From Clostridiales bacterium (GTDB lineage: Bacteria; Bacillota; Clostridia; Lachnospirales; Lachnospiraceae), in NCBI GenBank assembly GCA_020859985.1, contig JAJBVD010000052.1:24076-88075 (forward strand): DNA of 64,000 bases, in the 5' to 3' direction. The notes below the pieces were generated by a model. It saw only the letters and a list, made by a program, of their open reading frames with translations. It was not told where the DNA came from and ran no database searches. Both the position numbers and the translations under genes were made by a program. Below are positions 1-10,463 of the stretch, one piece after another (the first letter of the stretch is position 1; each line of letters begins with the position of its first letter).

Positions 1-160
1 CGGAGGCTTCCTTAAACTTCTTCTCCGCCTCGGCATCCCCGGGGTTCATATCCGGATGATATTTTTTCGCCAGCACTCGGTATGCTTTCTTTAATGTAGC
101 GTCATCCGCATTTTTGTCCACGCCAAGAACTTCGTAGTAATCTCTTTTACTTTCTGCCAT
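1..160 (-). CDS. dnaJ: Chaperone DnaJ, 5' part only (runs off window start)
   Basis: Manual translation [42 protein letters not shown]: J-domain with HPD motif; GGAG-type SD upstream; follows dnaK. Confidence 0.97.
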   Translation of the reverse strand, partial: MAESKRDYYEVLGVDKNADDATLKKAYRVLAKKYHPDMNPGDAEAEKKFKEAS

Positions 161-179
161 AATAAACTCCTCACACGGC

Positions 180-216
180 AATACCCCTGAAGGGATTTCC
201 CGCTTTCAAGGGTATT
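180..216. terminator. Stem-loop between dnaK and dnaJ (terminator or mRNA stabiliser)
   Basis: aatacccctgaa ... ttcaagggtatt inverted repeat, one mismatch. Confidence 0.55.
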
Positions 217-261
217 ATTGGTCATAAAATGACCTGCCTGTAAAATTAGTCAAAGCTTATA

Positions 262-2211
<1,950 letters not shown>

Positions 2212-2256
2212 TTACTCTATATAATCTGGCTGCCGTTCTGCTTAAAGCTCCGACCG

Positions 2257-2997
2257 TCAGTTTGCTACCTTCACCATACTGTGGCGGATCACACTGTCGC
2301 GGTAGAGGTAGCCTTTCTGAAACTCTTCAACCACCACATTCTCACCGGCTTCCTCATCCTCCACATGCATCACCGCATTGTGGAAATTCGGATCAAACGG
2401 CTGTCCGACTGCCTCAATCGGCTTGACACCGATGCCTTCCAGAGATGTAAGCAGCTGCCGATAGACCTTTTCCATGCCCTGCGCAAATGCATCCTGCTTC
2501 TGCTCTTCGGTCAGATTTGCAAAACCTCTCTCGAAATTATCCACAGTAGGAAGAATCTTCTCCAGCACACTCTTCGCGCCGACCTCAAACATCGCCGCTT
2601 TTTCCTTCTCCGAACGCTTACGGAAGTTGTCAAACTCGGCCATCTGCCGCTGTACGCGGTCCGTCAGCTCTTCAATCTGCTGATCTTTCTTATCCTTTTT
2701 CTTTTTGCCAAAGAAGCTTTTCTTGCCAGTCTCCTCGGAAGGATCCGCAGTCTGACCGGAATCTGCGGATTCTTCCGCTTCAGAATCCGTGGAATTCTCT
2801 GCATCCTCAGAATCTTTCGATTGCACTGTCTGCTCCGGCCCGCCTGTCTGTGTTTCCTTCTTTGCAGCATTCGCCGACCCGTTCTGCTCTCCGGCAGCCA
2901 CGTCCTGACTCTCGTCTTCATTCCCGGAAGAACTGTTCGCTGTCTGCTGGTTCATAACAGCTTCATCCTGAACTTCTTCGTCCCTGATTTCTTCCAA
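2257..2997 (-). CDS. grpE: Nucleotide exchange factor GrpE
   Basis: AEFDNFRKR, FDPNFHNAVMH, IRHSMVKVAN; probable TTG start after GGTGGAG (ORF extends to 3027). Confidence 0.97.
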   Translation of the reverse strand: MEEIRDEEVQDEAVMNQQTANSSSGNEDESQDVAAGEQNGSANAAKKETQTGGPEQTVQSKDSEDAENSTDSEAEESADSGQTADPSEETGKKSFFGKKKKDKKDQQIEELTDRVQRQMAEFDNFRKRSEKEKAAMFEVGAKSVLEKILPTVDNFERGFANLTEEQKQDAFAQGMEKVYRQLLTSLEGIGVKPIEAVGQPFDPNFHNAVMHVEDEEAGENVVVEEFQKGYLYRDSVIRHSMVKVAN

Positions 2998-3042
2998 TGG
3001 CTTCTCCACCTTTCTTCTATACTTCATAACAGCCAGGAACCG

Positions 3043-4086
3043 TTATGAGTCCTTTTTATCTTTATCCTTATGATAAATCTGATCCAACTGCGTCATCATT
3101 GTCTTCAGCGTGCCAACTACTTTATCATAATCCATACGCTTTGGTCCGACGACGCCAATCCGTCCATACATACCTTCACCCAGTTCATATGTGGCTGTCA
3201 CCACACTGCAGTCCCGCATCGACTCGATCGGGGACTCCGAACCGATATAAACCTGAATTCCTGTCTCATCCTTCGAATCAGTCGACGCAATCAGTCCGGC
3301 AAGGTTCTTCTTGTCTTCAAAAGCATCAATCAGCTCGCTCGCTTTCTCACTGGTGGAAAGCTCCGGATAACGGAAAATATTCGTCGCGCCGCTGGTATAG
3401 ATCTCCACATCCGTATCAGCCTGTATGGCTTCCGCGACCGCATCCAAGACCCGGTTTACAACATCACTATGAATACCGGCCTGCTGCTTCAGCTTCGCGA
3501 TCGTAGCAAGATTGATTTCCTCCAATGTCAGGCCATTCAGAGCGCTGTTCAGAAGGATATTCAGATCCAGTATAGTCTGATGATCCAGGCCGTGATCCAT
3601 ATCCAGCATTTTGTTACGGACGACATTGCCTTCTGTCACCACGGTCGCAAGAATCTGTGTGTCCGAGACAATGGAGAGCTGAATAAACTTCAGCTTCGTC
3701 TGATGGATCTGAGGCCCTGAGATCATGGCGGCGTAATTTGTATTATTCGCCAGAATCTGTGCCATCTGCCGCAGGATCAGCTCCATCTTATCCTGTCTCT
3801 GGAGAACAACCTCCTTCATTTCCGTGACTTCCCGGTCCTTCTCTTCCATCATACGGTCCACATAAAGACGATAGCCCGCATCGGATGGAATACGTCCGGC
3901 GGATGTATGTGGCTGAAGAATCAGTCCCATATCCTCCAGATCAGACATCTCATTGCGAATCGTAGCGGAGCTCAGATTCAGATCGGCATATTTGGAAATG
4001 GTACGGGACCCTACTGGCTCGCCTGTTTCCAGGTAGGTCTTAATGATTGCTTTCAGGATCGTCCATTTTCTGTCATCGAGCTGCAT
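3043..4086 (-). CDS. hrcA: Heat-inducible transcription repressor HrcA
   Basis: GEPVGSRTIS, SSATIRNEMSDLE, QPHTSAGRIPS, VGPKRMDY; AAGGAGGT SD. Confidence 0.98.
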   Translation of the reverse strand: MQLDDRKWTILKAIIKTYLETGEPVGSRTISKYADLNLSSATIRNEMSDLEDMGLILQPHTSAGRIPSDAGYRLYVDRMMEEKDREVTEMKEVVLQRQDKMELILRQMAQILANNTNYAAMISGPQIHQTKLKFIQLSIVSDTQILATVVTEGNVVRNKMLDMDHGLDHQTILDLNILLNSALNGLTLEEINLATIAKLKQQAGIHSDVVNRVLDAVAEAIQADTDVEIYTSGATNIFRYPELSTSEKASELIDAFEDKKNLAGLIASTDSKDETGIQVYIGSESPIESMRDCSVVTATYELGEGMYGRIGVVGPKRMDYDKVVGTLKTMMTQLDQIYHKDKDKKDS

Positions 4087-4112
4087 CTGATACCTCCTTT
4101 TCATTTTTGTTG

Positions 4113-4139
4113 TTAGCACTCTTTTATCTTGAGTGCTAA
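4113..4139. promoter_or_regulatory. CIRCE operator (HrcA binding site)
   Basis: Exact TTAGCACTC-N9-GAGTGCTAA upstream of hrcA. Confidence 0.98.
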
Positions 4140-4154
4140 CACCTTACGTTGCCT

Positions 4155-4183
4155 ACTATAATACGCGTTTTCGTGTTTGTCAA
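4155..4183 (-). promoter_or_regulatory. SigA-type promoter of hrcA operon
   Basis: TTGACA-17 nt-TATAGT directly upstream of CIRCE. Confidence 0.9.
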
Positions 4184-4300
4184 CCACTTTTTCGAAAAAT
4201 ACGCATCATTTTTTTATCCTTCTTCAAAAGAAAAGAGACCTTTGCACTCCGCAAAAATCCCTCTTTCTTCTTTTCCTGATTCAATCGCAAATAGTCCCTG

Positions 4301-5899
4301 TCATCCATTCAGATAATTATATACCGTTTTTGATATGGCTGCAATCTTCGTGGAAGCCGAACTGCTTCCTGATGAAAAAACGCAGATTACATAATCGGTC
4401 TTTTTGCCGTAAACGATCGCAATATCATGATCGGTTGTGGTCGTCTCGCCGGTCTTGTTCGCTACCTTGATTCCTGAAGGGATTCCTGCCGGTATTTTCC
4501 ATCGTCGCTCCTGAGCAAGAAGAAGATTCAACATCTTCTGAGAATACTCTTTCGACACACAGGTGCCTTTATAAATTTTCTCCAGCAATACACCGCAGTC
4601 CTTGGCGGAGGACGTGTTGCTGCTTCCATCGGTGACTCTTGCGGAAGACGCCGGATGAAGCGTGTGATGTACGCGGGTGCTGGTATACCCGTTATTTTTC
4701 AGGTATTTGTTGATCACTGTAGCTCCGGAGAGAAAATTACCGGAAGAACTCTGCGCCTTTACCAGTGCATTGTAGGACTCATTGCTGCTGACCGTGATCA
4801 TGGAATTCAAAAGGCTCTGAATCTGTGAAGTCTCCTTTACACGTCCCGCCTTGATCTCATTGTAAAGGGAAGCCATGACAAACACCTTGATTGTACTCGC
4901 CGGATACATCGCCTTATCATTCAAGCTGAGGAAATCGCCGGTTTTCAGATTTTTCACATAAATGGACCAGCTGCCTCCGTATTTGCTGGTTATCGTCTTC
5001 AGAGTATTTTTCAACCCGCTTAATGCCACTTCCTCTTTCGCACACTTTTTCCCGTTAGAGTCTACCCAGGAGCCATCCGGGACCTGCTGGCTTTTGGCAA
5101 TTTTGCCGTTAGATAAAAGGTAATATCCGTTCTTCCAGCAGTTTGTCAGCATTTTACCGGCTGCGTTGATATAATATTTATTTCCCTTATATGTCACCCA
5201 TCCTTTTTTGCGGACCAGAGCGCCCCTTTTGCCGCCAAAATAATAAGTCCCGTTAAATGCAGCGCTGCCCACTTTCTGCTCTACCTTGCGAAACGCTTTT
5301 CCGGTGCAAAGCTTTCCGACGCTGTTAAAATAATAATAGCCTTTGAAGGAAACACCGCTCACTTTCGCAGAAATTTTACGTACCTGCGCGTCCGCAGAGA
5401 GTTTTCCATATGCCTGCACGTAATAGTAACCGCTGAAGGTTTTGGATTTTGCCTTACATTTCAGCTTTGACAATTTAACCAGGCCGCTTACCTTTGTCGG
5501 AAAACAGCCTTTGCCGTTCGTATAATAATATCCCTGGAATGTCACTTCGTTTACTGTCGTATCCAGATAGTATACCGCCTTTTTCTTCAAAAGCATCCCT
5601 TTGCTGTCAAACATATAATAGCCAGCATTAAAAGAAGAGGATTTCTCAACAGCCAGATACTGAATCCCGGTCAGCGCATTGCCGTCCGAATCCTTCAGAT
5701 ACCAGTTTTTCGACTTATAAATAAGATAGCTTCCACTTTCATCCGTAAAAGACACCTTTTTCGCAGAAGCCGCCTGCACAAGGCCGGCATCAGACATCCG
5801 GCTGCCGCCAGACAGAAGCAGCAGCAAAAGAATCAGTAATACTGTTAAGTGCCGTATCACACTCCCATTTCTGTATTTTACAAAACAATCCTCCTTCAT
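4301..5899 (-). CDS. Secreted serine hydrolase: N-terminal hydrophobic segment, aromatic-rich cell-wall-binding-like repeats, C-terminal class A beta-lactamase/PBP-like domain
   Basis: Repeats of F.GYYY...G; SxxK (PASTIK), SxN (VSSNE), KTG (NKTGET); start chosen at ATG 5899. Confidence 0.85.
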   Translation of the reverse strand: MKEDCFVKYRNGSVIRHLTVLLILLLLLLSGGSRMSDAGLVQAASAKKVSFTDESGSYLIYKSKNWYLKDSDGNALTGIQYLAVEKSSSFNAGYYMFDSKGMLLKKKAVYYLDTTVNEVTFQGYYYTNGKGCFPTKVSGLVKLSKLKCKAKSKTFSGYYYVQAYGKLSADAQVRKISAKVSGVSFKGYYYFNSVGKLCTGKAFRKVEQKVGSAAFNGTYYFGGKRGALVRKKGWVTYKGNKYYINAAGKMLTNCWKNGYYLLSNGKIAKSQQVPDGSWVDSNGKKCAKEEVALSGLKNTLKTITSKYGGSWSIYVKNLKTGDFLSLNDKAMYPASTIKVFVMASLYNEIKAGRVKETSQIQSLLNSMITVSSNESYNALVKAQSSSGNFLSGATVINKYLKNNGYTSTRVHHTLHPASSARVTDGSSNTSSAKDCGVLLEKIYKGTCVSKEYSQKMLNLLLAQERRWKIPAGIPSGIKVANKTGETTTTDHDIAIVYGKKTDYVICVFSSGSSSASTKIAAISKTVYNYLNG

Positions 5900-6014
5900 A
5901 CTCACATTCCTCTCATAAAATATCTGATACACAGTTGTTTAACAAAATTTCGAATTCTTTCATATTCCTTTCACACAATGTCCACATCCGGCTGATAGAT
6001 TATTTTCATCAAAT

Positions 6015-6180
6015 GAAGCCACCCGGGTGTTTTAATCGGATAGGGGAACGCCTTTTCCCCTATCCGCCGCGCGAGGCGCGGGCAGCAAAGCTGCCAAAAT
6101 ACCTCTCGCGCCCCTGCGCATTACAAAAACACCAAAGCGTCTCTTATCGCGCAGCGGAGCAAAGCATTCGGACTGGCTTC
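6015..6180. repeat. Hairpin-dense intergenic cassette (MITE/REP-like or structured RNA)
   Basis: Nested inverted repeats gaagcca/tggcttc, ggtgtttt/aaaacacc; cggataggggaa/ttcccctatccg (6037-6066); ggcagc-aaa-gctgcc. Confidence 0.55.
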
Positions 6181-6232
6181 GACAAAAATCTATCCCCGAC
6201 GCGGGGTTTGCATATATTATCTTCCTCTTTCC

Positions 6233-6259
6233 CGGACATCCTGCTGGATGTCCGTTTTT
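6233..6259 (+). terminator. Intrinsic terminator-like hairpin with T tract on the plus strand
   Basis: cggacatcc-tgct-ggatgtccg followed by TTTTT. Confidence 0.6.
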
Positions 6260-7220
6260 ATTTTTTCCCCCTGTGCATGACATCGCCATTTTCGCAGCGG
6301 TTCCCCCAGCCGTCTATCAGGACGCCATCCCGATAGACACAGATGATCTCACAATTGTTAGAGCAGCGGCCACAGCTTGCTTCGCGGGTTTTAAAGTCTA
6401 ACTGTTCGACTGAAAAATCAAATTCCCGCCGAACGCTTCCGCTCTTTGCAAGCAATGCCGCACCGATGGCTCCCATCAGATGTCCGTTTTTATCTACACG
6501 CACCTCGCAGCCCAACGCTTTTTCAAACGCTGCAACAACGCCGATATTTTTGCTGACCCCGCCTTGAAAAACCACAGGAGAGACAATCCGTTTTCCTTTG
6601 CCGACATTATTCAGATAATTCGCCACAACTGCCTGACAGAGACCGGCAACGATATCTTCCTTCGTATGTCCCATCTGAATCTTGTGTACCAGATCAGACT
6701 CTGCAAACACGGTACAGCGGGCTGCAATCTGTGTCGGGTGATTTGACTTCAGCGCGATCTCACCCATGTCCTCGACCTCGATACCAAGTCGTCTGGACTG
6801 GCTGGAAAGAAAAGCTCCCGTACCGGCCGCACAGAGGGTGTTCATCGCATAATCAACTGCAACTCCGTTTTCCACAAGTATGATCTTAGAATCCTGACCT
6901 CCAATCTCCAGAATCGTACGTGTCTCCGGATAGAAAGAAGTCGTGCCGACAGCGTGAGCAGTGATCTCATTTTTCACAATGGTAGCACCCGTGATTGTCC
7001 CAGCGAGGCGTCGGGCGCTTCCCGTCGTGCCTGTCGCTACGATCTGATATGTGTCTTTATCAAACTGTTTTTCCAGAAGACCGACCAGTTTTTTTACTGC
7101 TCCGATCGGATCTCCCTCTGTCCAGATGTAAGCGCTGGACAAAATCTCCTTTTCGCCATTTAAAATAACCCCTTTCGTGGAAATCGAACCAACGTCAATC
7201 CCCAGATACGCTTCTCTCAT
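6258..7220 (-). CDS. ATP-dependent acyl-CoA dehydratase activase (HgdC/BadG-like, ASKHA fold) with Cys-rich C-terminal tail
   Basis: GIDVGSISTK, EIGGQDSK, MNTLCAAGTG, RCTVFAES, GGVSKN; tail CGRCSNNC...NRC. Confidence 0.9.
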   Translation of the reverse strand: MREAYLGIDVGSISTKGVILNGEKEILSSAYIWTEGDPIGAVKKLVGLLEKQFDKDTYQIVATGTTGSARRLAGTITGATIVKNEITAHAVGTTSFYPETRTILEIGGQDSKIILVENGVAVDYAMNTLCAAGTGAFLSSQSRRLGIEVEDMGEIALKSNHPTQIAARCTVFAESDLVHKIQMGHTKEDIVAGLCQAVVANYLNNVGKGKRIVSPVVFQGGVSKNIGVVAAFEKALGCEVRVDKNGHLMGAIGAALLAKSGSVRREFDFSVEQLDFKTREASCGRCSNNCEIICVYRDGVLIDGWGNRCENGDVMHRGKK

Positions 7221-8305
7221 CGAAATACCCTCTTTCTCATACTCAGCATATCATAAAATGCTTCCAGTCTTGTCATAAGTCCGGTATCACTGGTCTGCGA
7301 GTCAAAAGTCAGATACAGAATCGGAATTTTATAATCTGTTCCTATTCTCTGCAGAACCGGCATGATATCAATCTCCGGTGTACATCCGGCGGATTTTACA
7401 TGAATGATGCCGTCAAAGCCTCTCTCAGCATAATCCCTGGCACACCAAATATTTGCTGTGGAGGTAGGTCCCATCTCATAGCGGCAGAGATCCCGGATAC
7501 GTACATTCAGGTTCTTCTCCCCGCCGTAATGCAGATTCCGGTGCGAAATGTTCATCCAGCGATGTACCTCCACGCCCATATCCGCCAGCTTCTGCTCCAG
7601 TTCCAGATTGGAAAAATCATCCTGTACCGTAAAATATTCCCCGATTACTCCGACCCGGATTGGTTCTTCCTTTTTCAGCGGGATGTCATGAAATGCACTC
7701 TTTACCCGCTGATATCCCGCCTCAATATCTTCTTTGGCTGCCGCCTTATTCATATCCGTCCAAAACTGATTCAGTGCCTTTTTATACGCTCCCTTTGAAA
7801 TCTCAAACCCGCACTCTCTGTAATAAATCTCTTCAACCTCATCAATATACTCTACCATCTTGAGCATCTCAAACCCTGCAGCGGTTGTTCTTGCTACATG
7901 CAGCTTCGGATTCATCCTTTTTAAAACTTTCAGATAATCTTTCGCTTTTCCTGTTGTGTACTCCGCCATATTGATAAAGTCAAACTGATAGCCGAGATCA
8001 CGCAGAATCTGCTCCTGTAACTCGCCGTAATACCCAAGACGACACAGTCCAAAAAGCATCAGGAGAGTATCCGCCCCGCACTCCAGGGCTTCAATCATGC
8101 TGCCAAGCGTCGTTTTAAAAGGCGTACAGACCGTGTCAGGACTATACAGGCTGCCGAGATCCAGTGTCTTCTTTGTCATTCTGGGCTGCATGATATACTG
8201 CTGTTCCAGACCAGATTCCACAAAATATTTTAATGCATAATTATATCTCGCCGCGATTGGAAACGCGATTTTCTTTTTATTTGAAACAATCGGTTCTTTT
8301 GACAT
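7217..8305 (-). CDS. 2-hydroxyacyl-CoA dehydratase-like subunit (HgdA/B or DUF2229-related)
   Basis: CTPFK, CRLGYY, SAGCTPE, DSQTSDTGLMTRLEAF; 4-nt overlap with activase. Confidence 0.8.
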   Translation of the reverse strand: MSKEPIVSNKKKIAFPIAARYNYALKYFVESGLEQQYIMQPRMTKKTLDLGSLYSPDTVCTPFKTTLGSMIEALECGADTLLMLFGLCRLGYYGELQEQILRDLGYQFDFINMAEYTTGKAKDYLKVLKRMNPKLHVARTTAAGFEMLKMVEYIDEVEEIYYRECGFEISKGAYKKALNQFWTDMNKAAAKEDIEAGYQRVKSAFHDIPLKKEEPIRVGVIGEYFTVQDDFSNLELEQKLADMGVEVHRWMNISHRNLHYGGEKNLNVRIRDLCRYEMGPTSTANIWCARDYAERGFDGIIHVKSAGCTPEIDIMPVLQRIGTDYKIPILYLTFDSQTSDTGLMTRLEAFYDMLSMRKRVFR

Positions 8306-8400
8306 TGCCGCAATTCCCCCAGTCAGCCTCTGCGGATACTTATACTCATGTACCCATAATTGTTCCGTGTATTTTCAGTAAGTGCTACAGTGTATCTTAA

Positions 8401-8427
8401 ATAACTGTTCAGTACCTTCATAGTTAC
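8401..8427. repeat. 27-bp quasi-palindromic dispersed element, copy 1
   Basis: ataactgttcagtaccttcatagttac, 25/27 identical to 54488-54514; overlaps the TAA of the upstream gene. Confidence 0.8.
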
Positions 8428-9392
8428 CATAGACCTTTATTAAGTGTAAGAATGTCAATAAAGCTCTCCAGACGTGTCTCTACACCTGCCATGCCGCTCT
8501 GTGCGTCAAGCATAAGATTGAGGATTGGTGTGCCTTTCGTTCTGCGAATAATCATATCATTCGTCATCGCATCCGGGCCACAGGGAAATACTGAAAGCAG
8601 AATAATACCGTCTACACGCCTTTGGTTCTCGCAGATACCGCCTGCAATTTCCCTGCTGAACTCCCAGCGCATGGTTGGAGACATTCTGGAGCCCTGCTTT
8701 AGAGCATCCTTCCGGTCCATAACGTCAGCGTACAAAACGGTTACTCCGGCATTTTCCAAAAAGTCTGTGATTGGCTTTCCGATATATGCATCCTTTTCAA
8801 CATAACTGTGAGAGGCAATCATTACCTTCAATCCGTCATTGTTAAAAAGTGCCTCCTGTTCTTTTACCTGTCTTTTCCAGTACTCGCTTTCTGTCTTTTT
8901 GGCTTCCTTATATGCTTTCGACGCAGATTTTTTTGCAATACCAATCTCCTCTGACATCGAAAGAAAAGCCGACTGTTCATCCAATCCATGCGTCTCGTCA
9001 ATATTATAGGAAAGAAATTTCTGATTATTTTGGCGAAACAAATTGCGGCAGATATCGTACATTCCCTCAAATGTCGTGCACATATACCTGCGAATTCCAA
9101 AATTACTGATTCGAGGCACAAGGATATAATCACATTTTCCGATCAGGCTATGCACATGGCCAAGATATATTTTCACAGAAAGGCACATTTCATCAATCGC
9201 CTTTTCTGTGCCCACATTCAGGGTCTTTAATGTTGTAGGCGGGCTCACTATGATGTCGATTCCCAGTCTTTCAAAAAAAGTCTCCCACAGTACATGATAC
9301 CTCTCATAAAGCAACGCCCTCGGCAGCCCGATGGTCAGTCTCCGATTATGAATGTCTCCGCTCAAACGGTTCTCTTCTTTCTTTTTTGCCAA
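8424..9392 (-). CDS. Dehydratase-like/DUF2229-related protein
   Basis: IGLPRALLY, EMCLSVKIYLGH, YMCTTF, FPCGPD, GVETRLESF; TTG start after GAGGTG. Confidence 0.8.
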   Translation of the reverse strand: MAKKKEENRLSGDIHNRRLTIGLPRALLYERYHVLWETFFERLGIDIIVSPPTTLKTLNVGTEKAIDEMCLSVKIYLGHVHSLIGKCDYILVPRISNFGIRRYMCTTFEGMYDICRNLFRQNNQKFLSYNIDETHGLDEQSAFLSMSEEIGIAKKSASKAYKEAKKTESEYWKRQVKEQEALFNNDGLKVMIASHSYVEKDAYIGKPITDFLENAGVTVLYADVMDRKDALKQGSRMSPTMRWEFSREIAGGICENQRRVDGIILLSVFPCGPDAMTNDMIIRRTKGTPILNLMLDAQSGMAGVETRLESFIDILTLNKGLW

Positions 9393-9573
9393 TTTCTTCA
9401 CCTCAATCATTACAGGAAAAAAATTCCTCGTCTTGTCTGCACATGAAGCTATAGACATTATATTATTTCAAAACTGCTTTTTCAATCACCAGATTCCGGC
9501 AAATGTCCAATTTTCAGAAGGTTTCCATGCATTTCTTTCGAGTCAGGCTGTCTTTTTTTCTATATTATTTTGA

Positions 9574-9602
9574 TTGCTCAATAAAAAAGAACATGTTATC
9601 AT
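9574..9602 (+). promoter_or_regulatory. SigA-type promoter of HAD gene
   Basis: TTGCTC-17 nt-TATCAT with TG extension. Confidence 0.6.
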
Positions 9603-9662
9603 AACAACTGTTCACTACTCTACAGCTTCTGATCATATAAAGACATAGGAGGAAAGGCACAT

Positions 9663-10445
9663 ATGCCCAAGGCACTATTTTTTGACATCGATGGAACACT
9701 CTGGGACTTTAAAAACTACATACCGGACAGCACCCGGGAGGCCATCCGGGCACTCAAGGCCAATGGACACCTCGTTTTTCTCTGCAGCGGCCGCTGCAGG
9801 GCTTACATACAGAATCCGGATCTTTTAAGCCTTGGCTTTGACGGCATTGTTTCCGGATGCGGAACCAGAGTGGAATATCAGGGACAGCAGCTTTTTTACA
9901 AAACGATTCCTTCTGATCTGGCTGTTCGAACGGTTGAAACTGTGCGAAAATTTGGTTTTCGCCCGATTCTGGAAGGAGCTTTTCATCTCTATCTGGATCG
10001 AAGTGAGTTTGGGCAGGATGCCTATGGAGAGAAAGTAATACGTGAAATGGGCGACCGGCTCCTGCCAATCAAAGAGCTTTGGGGACAGTGGGAAATCTCG
10101 AAGTTATCCTGTGCAACAAATAATGCAGACCGCCAGAGTTGCTTTGCGGCATTGAATACGGATTATGATTATATTGTCCATAATGAAAATGTCGTTGAGA
10201 TGGTGCCAAAAGGTTTCCATAAGGGAATCGGGATTCAAAAGGTCTGTGAGTTGCTGAATATTGAGCCGGCAGACACCTTCGCTTTTGGCGACAGTGTAAA
10301 CGATCTTGGTATGTTTACCACAGCCGGAACAGCCGTTGCTATGGGAAATGGCTCGGACGCAGCCAAAGCGGCGGCTGATTTCGTGACAGATTCCCTGTAC
10401 GATAACGGAATTTATAATGCCTGTCAGCATTTCGGATTGATCTGA
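9663..10445 (+). CDS. Cof-type HAD-IIB hydrolase
   Basis: FFDIDGTL, SGR, HKGIG, AFGDSVND, VAMGN; AGGAGG SD. Confidence 0.95.
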   Translation: MPKALFFDIDGTLWDFKNYIPDSTREAIRALKANGHLVFLCSGRCRAYIQNPDLLSLGFDGIVSGCGTRVEYQGQQLFYKTIPSDLAVRTVETVRKFGFRPILEGAFHLYLDRSEFGQDAYGEKVIREMGDRLLPIKELWGQWEISKLSCATNNADRQSCFAALNTDYDYIVHNENVVEMVPKGFHKGIGIQKVCELLNIEPADTFAFGDSVNDLGMFTTAGTAVAMGNGSDAAKAAADFVTDSLYDNGIYNACQHFGLI

Positions 10446-10463
10446 GAAGCCTGTCAGGTCACC

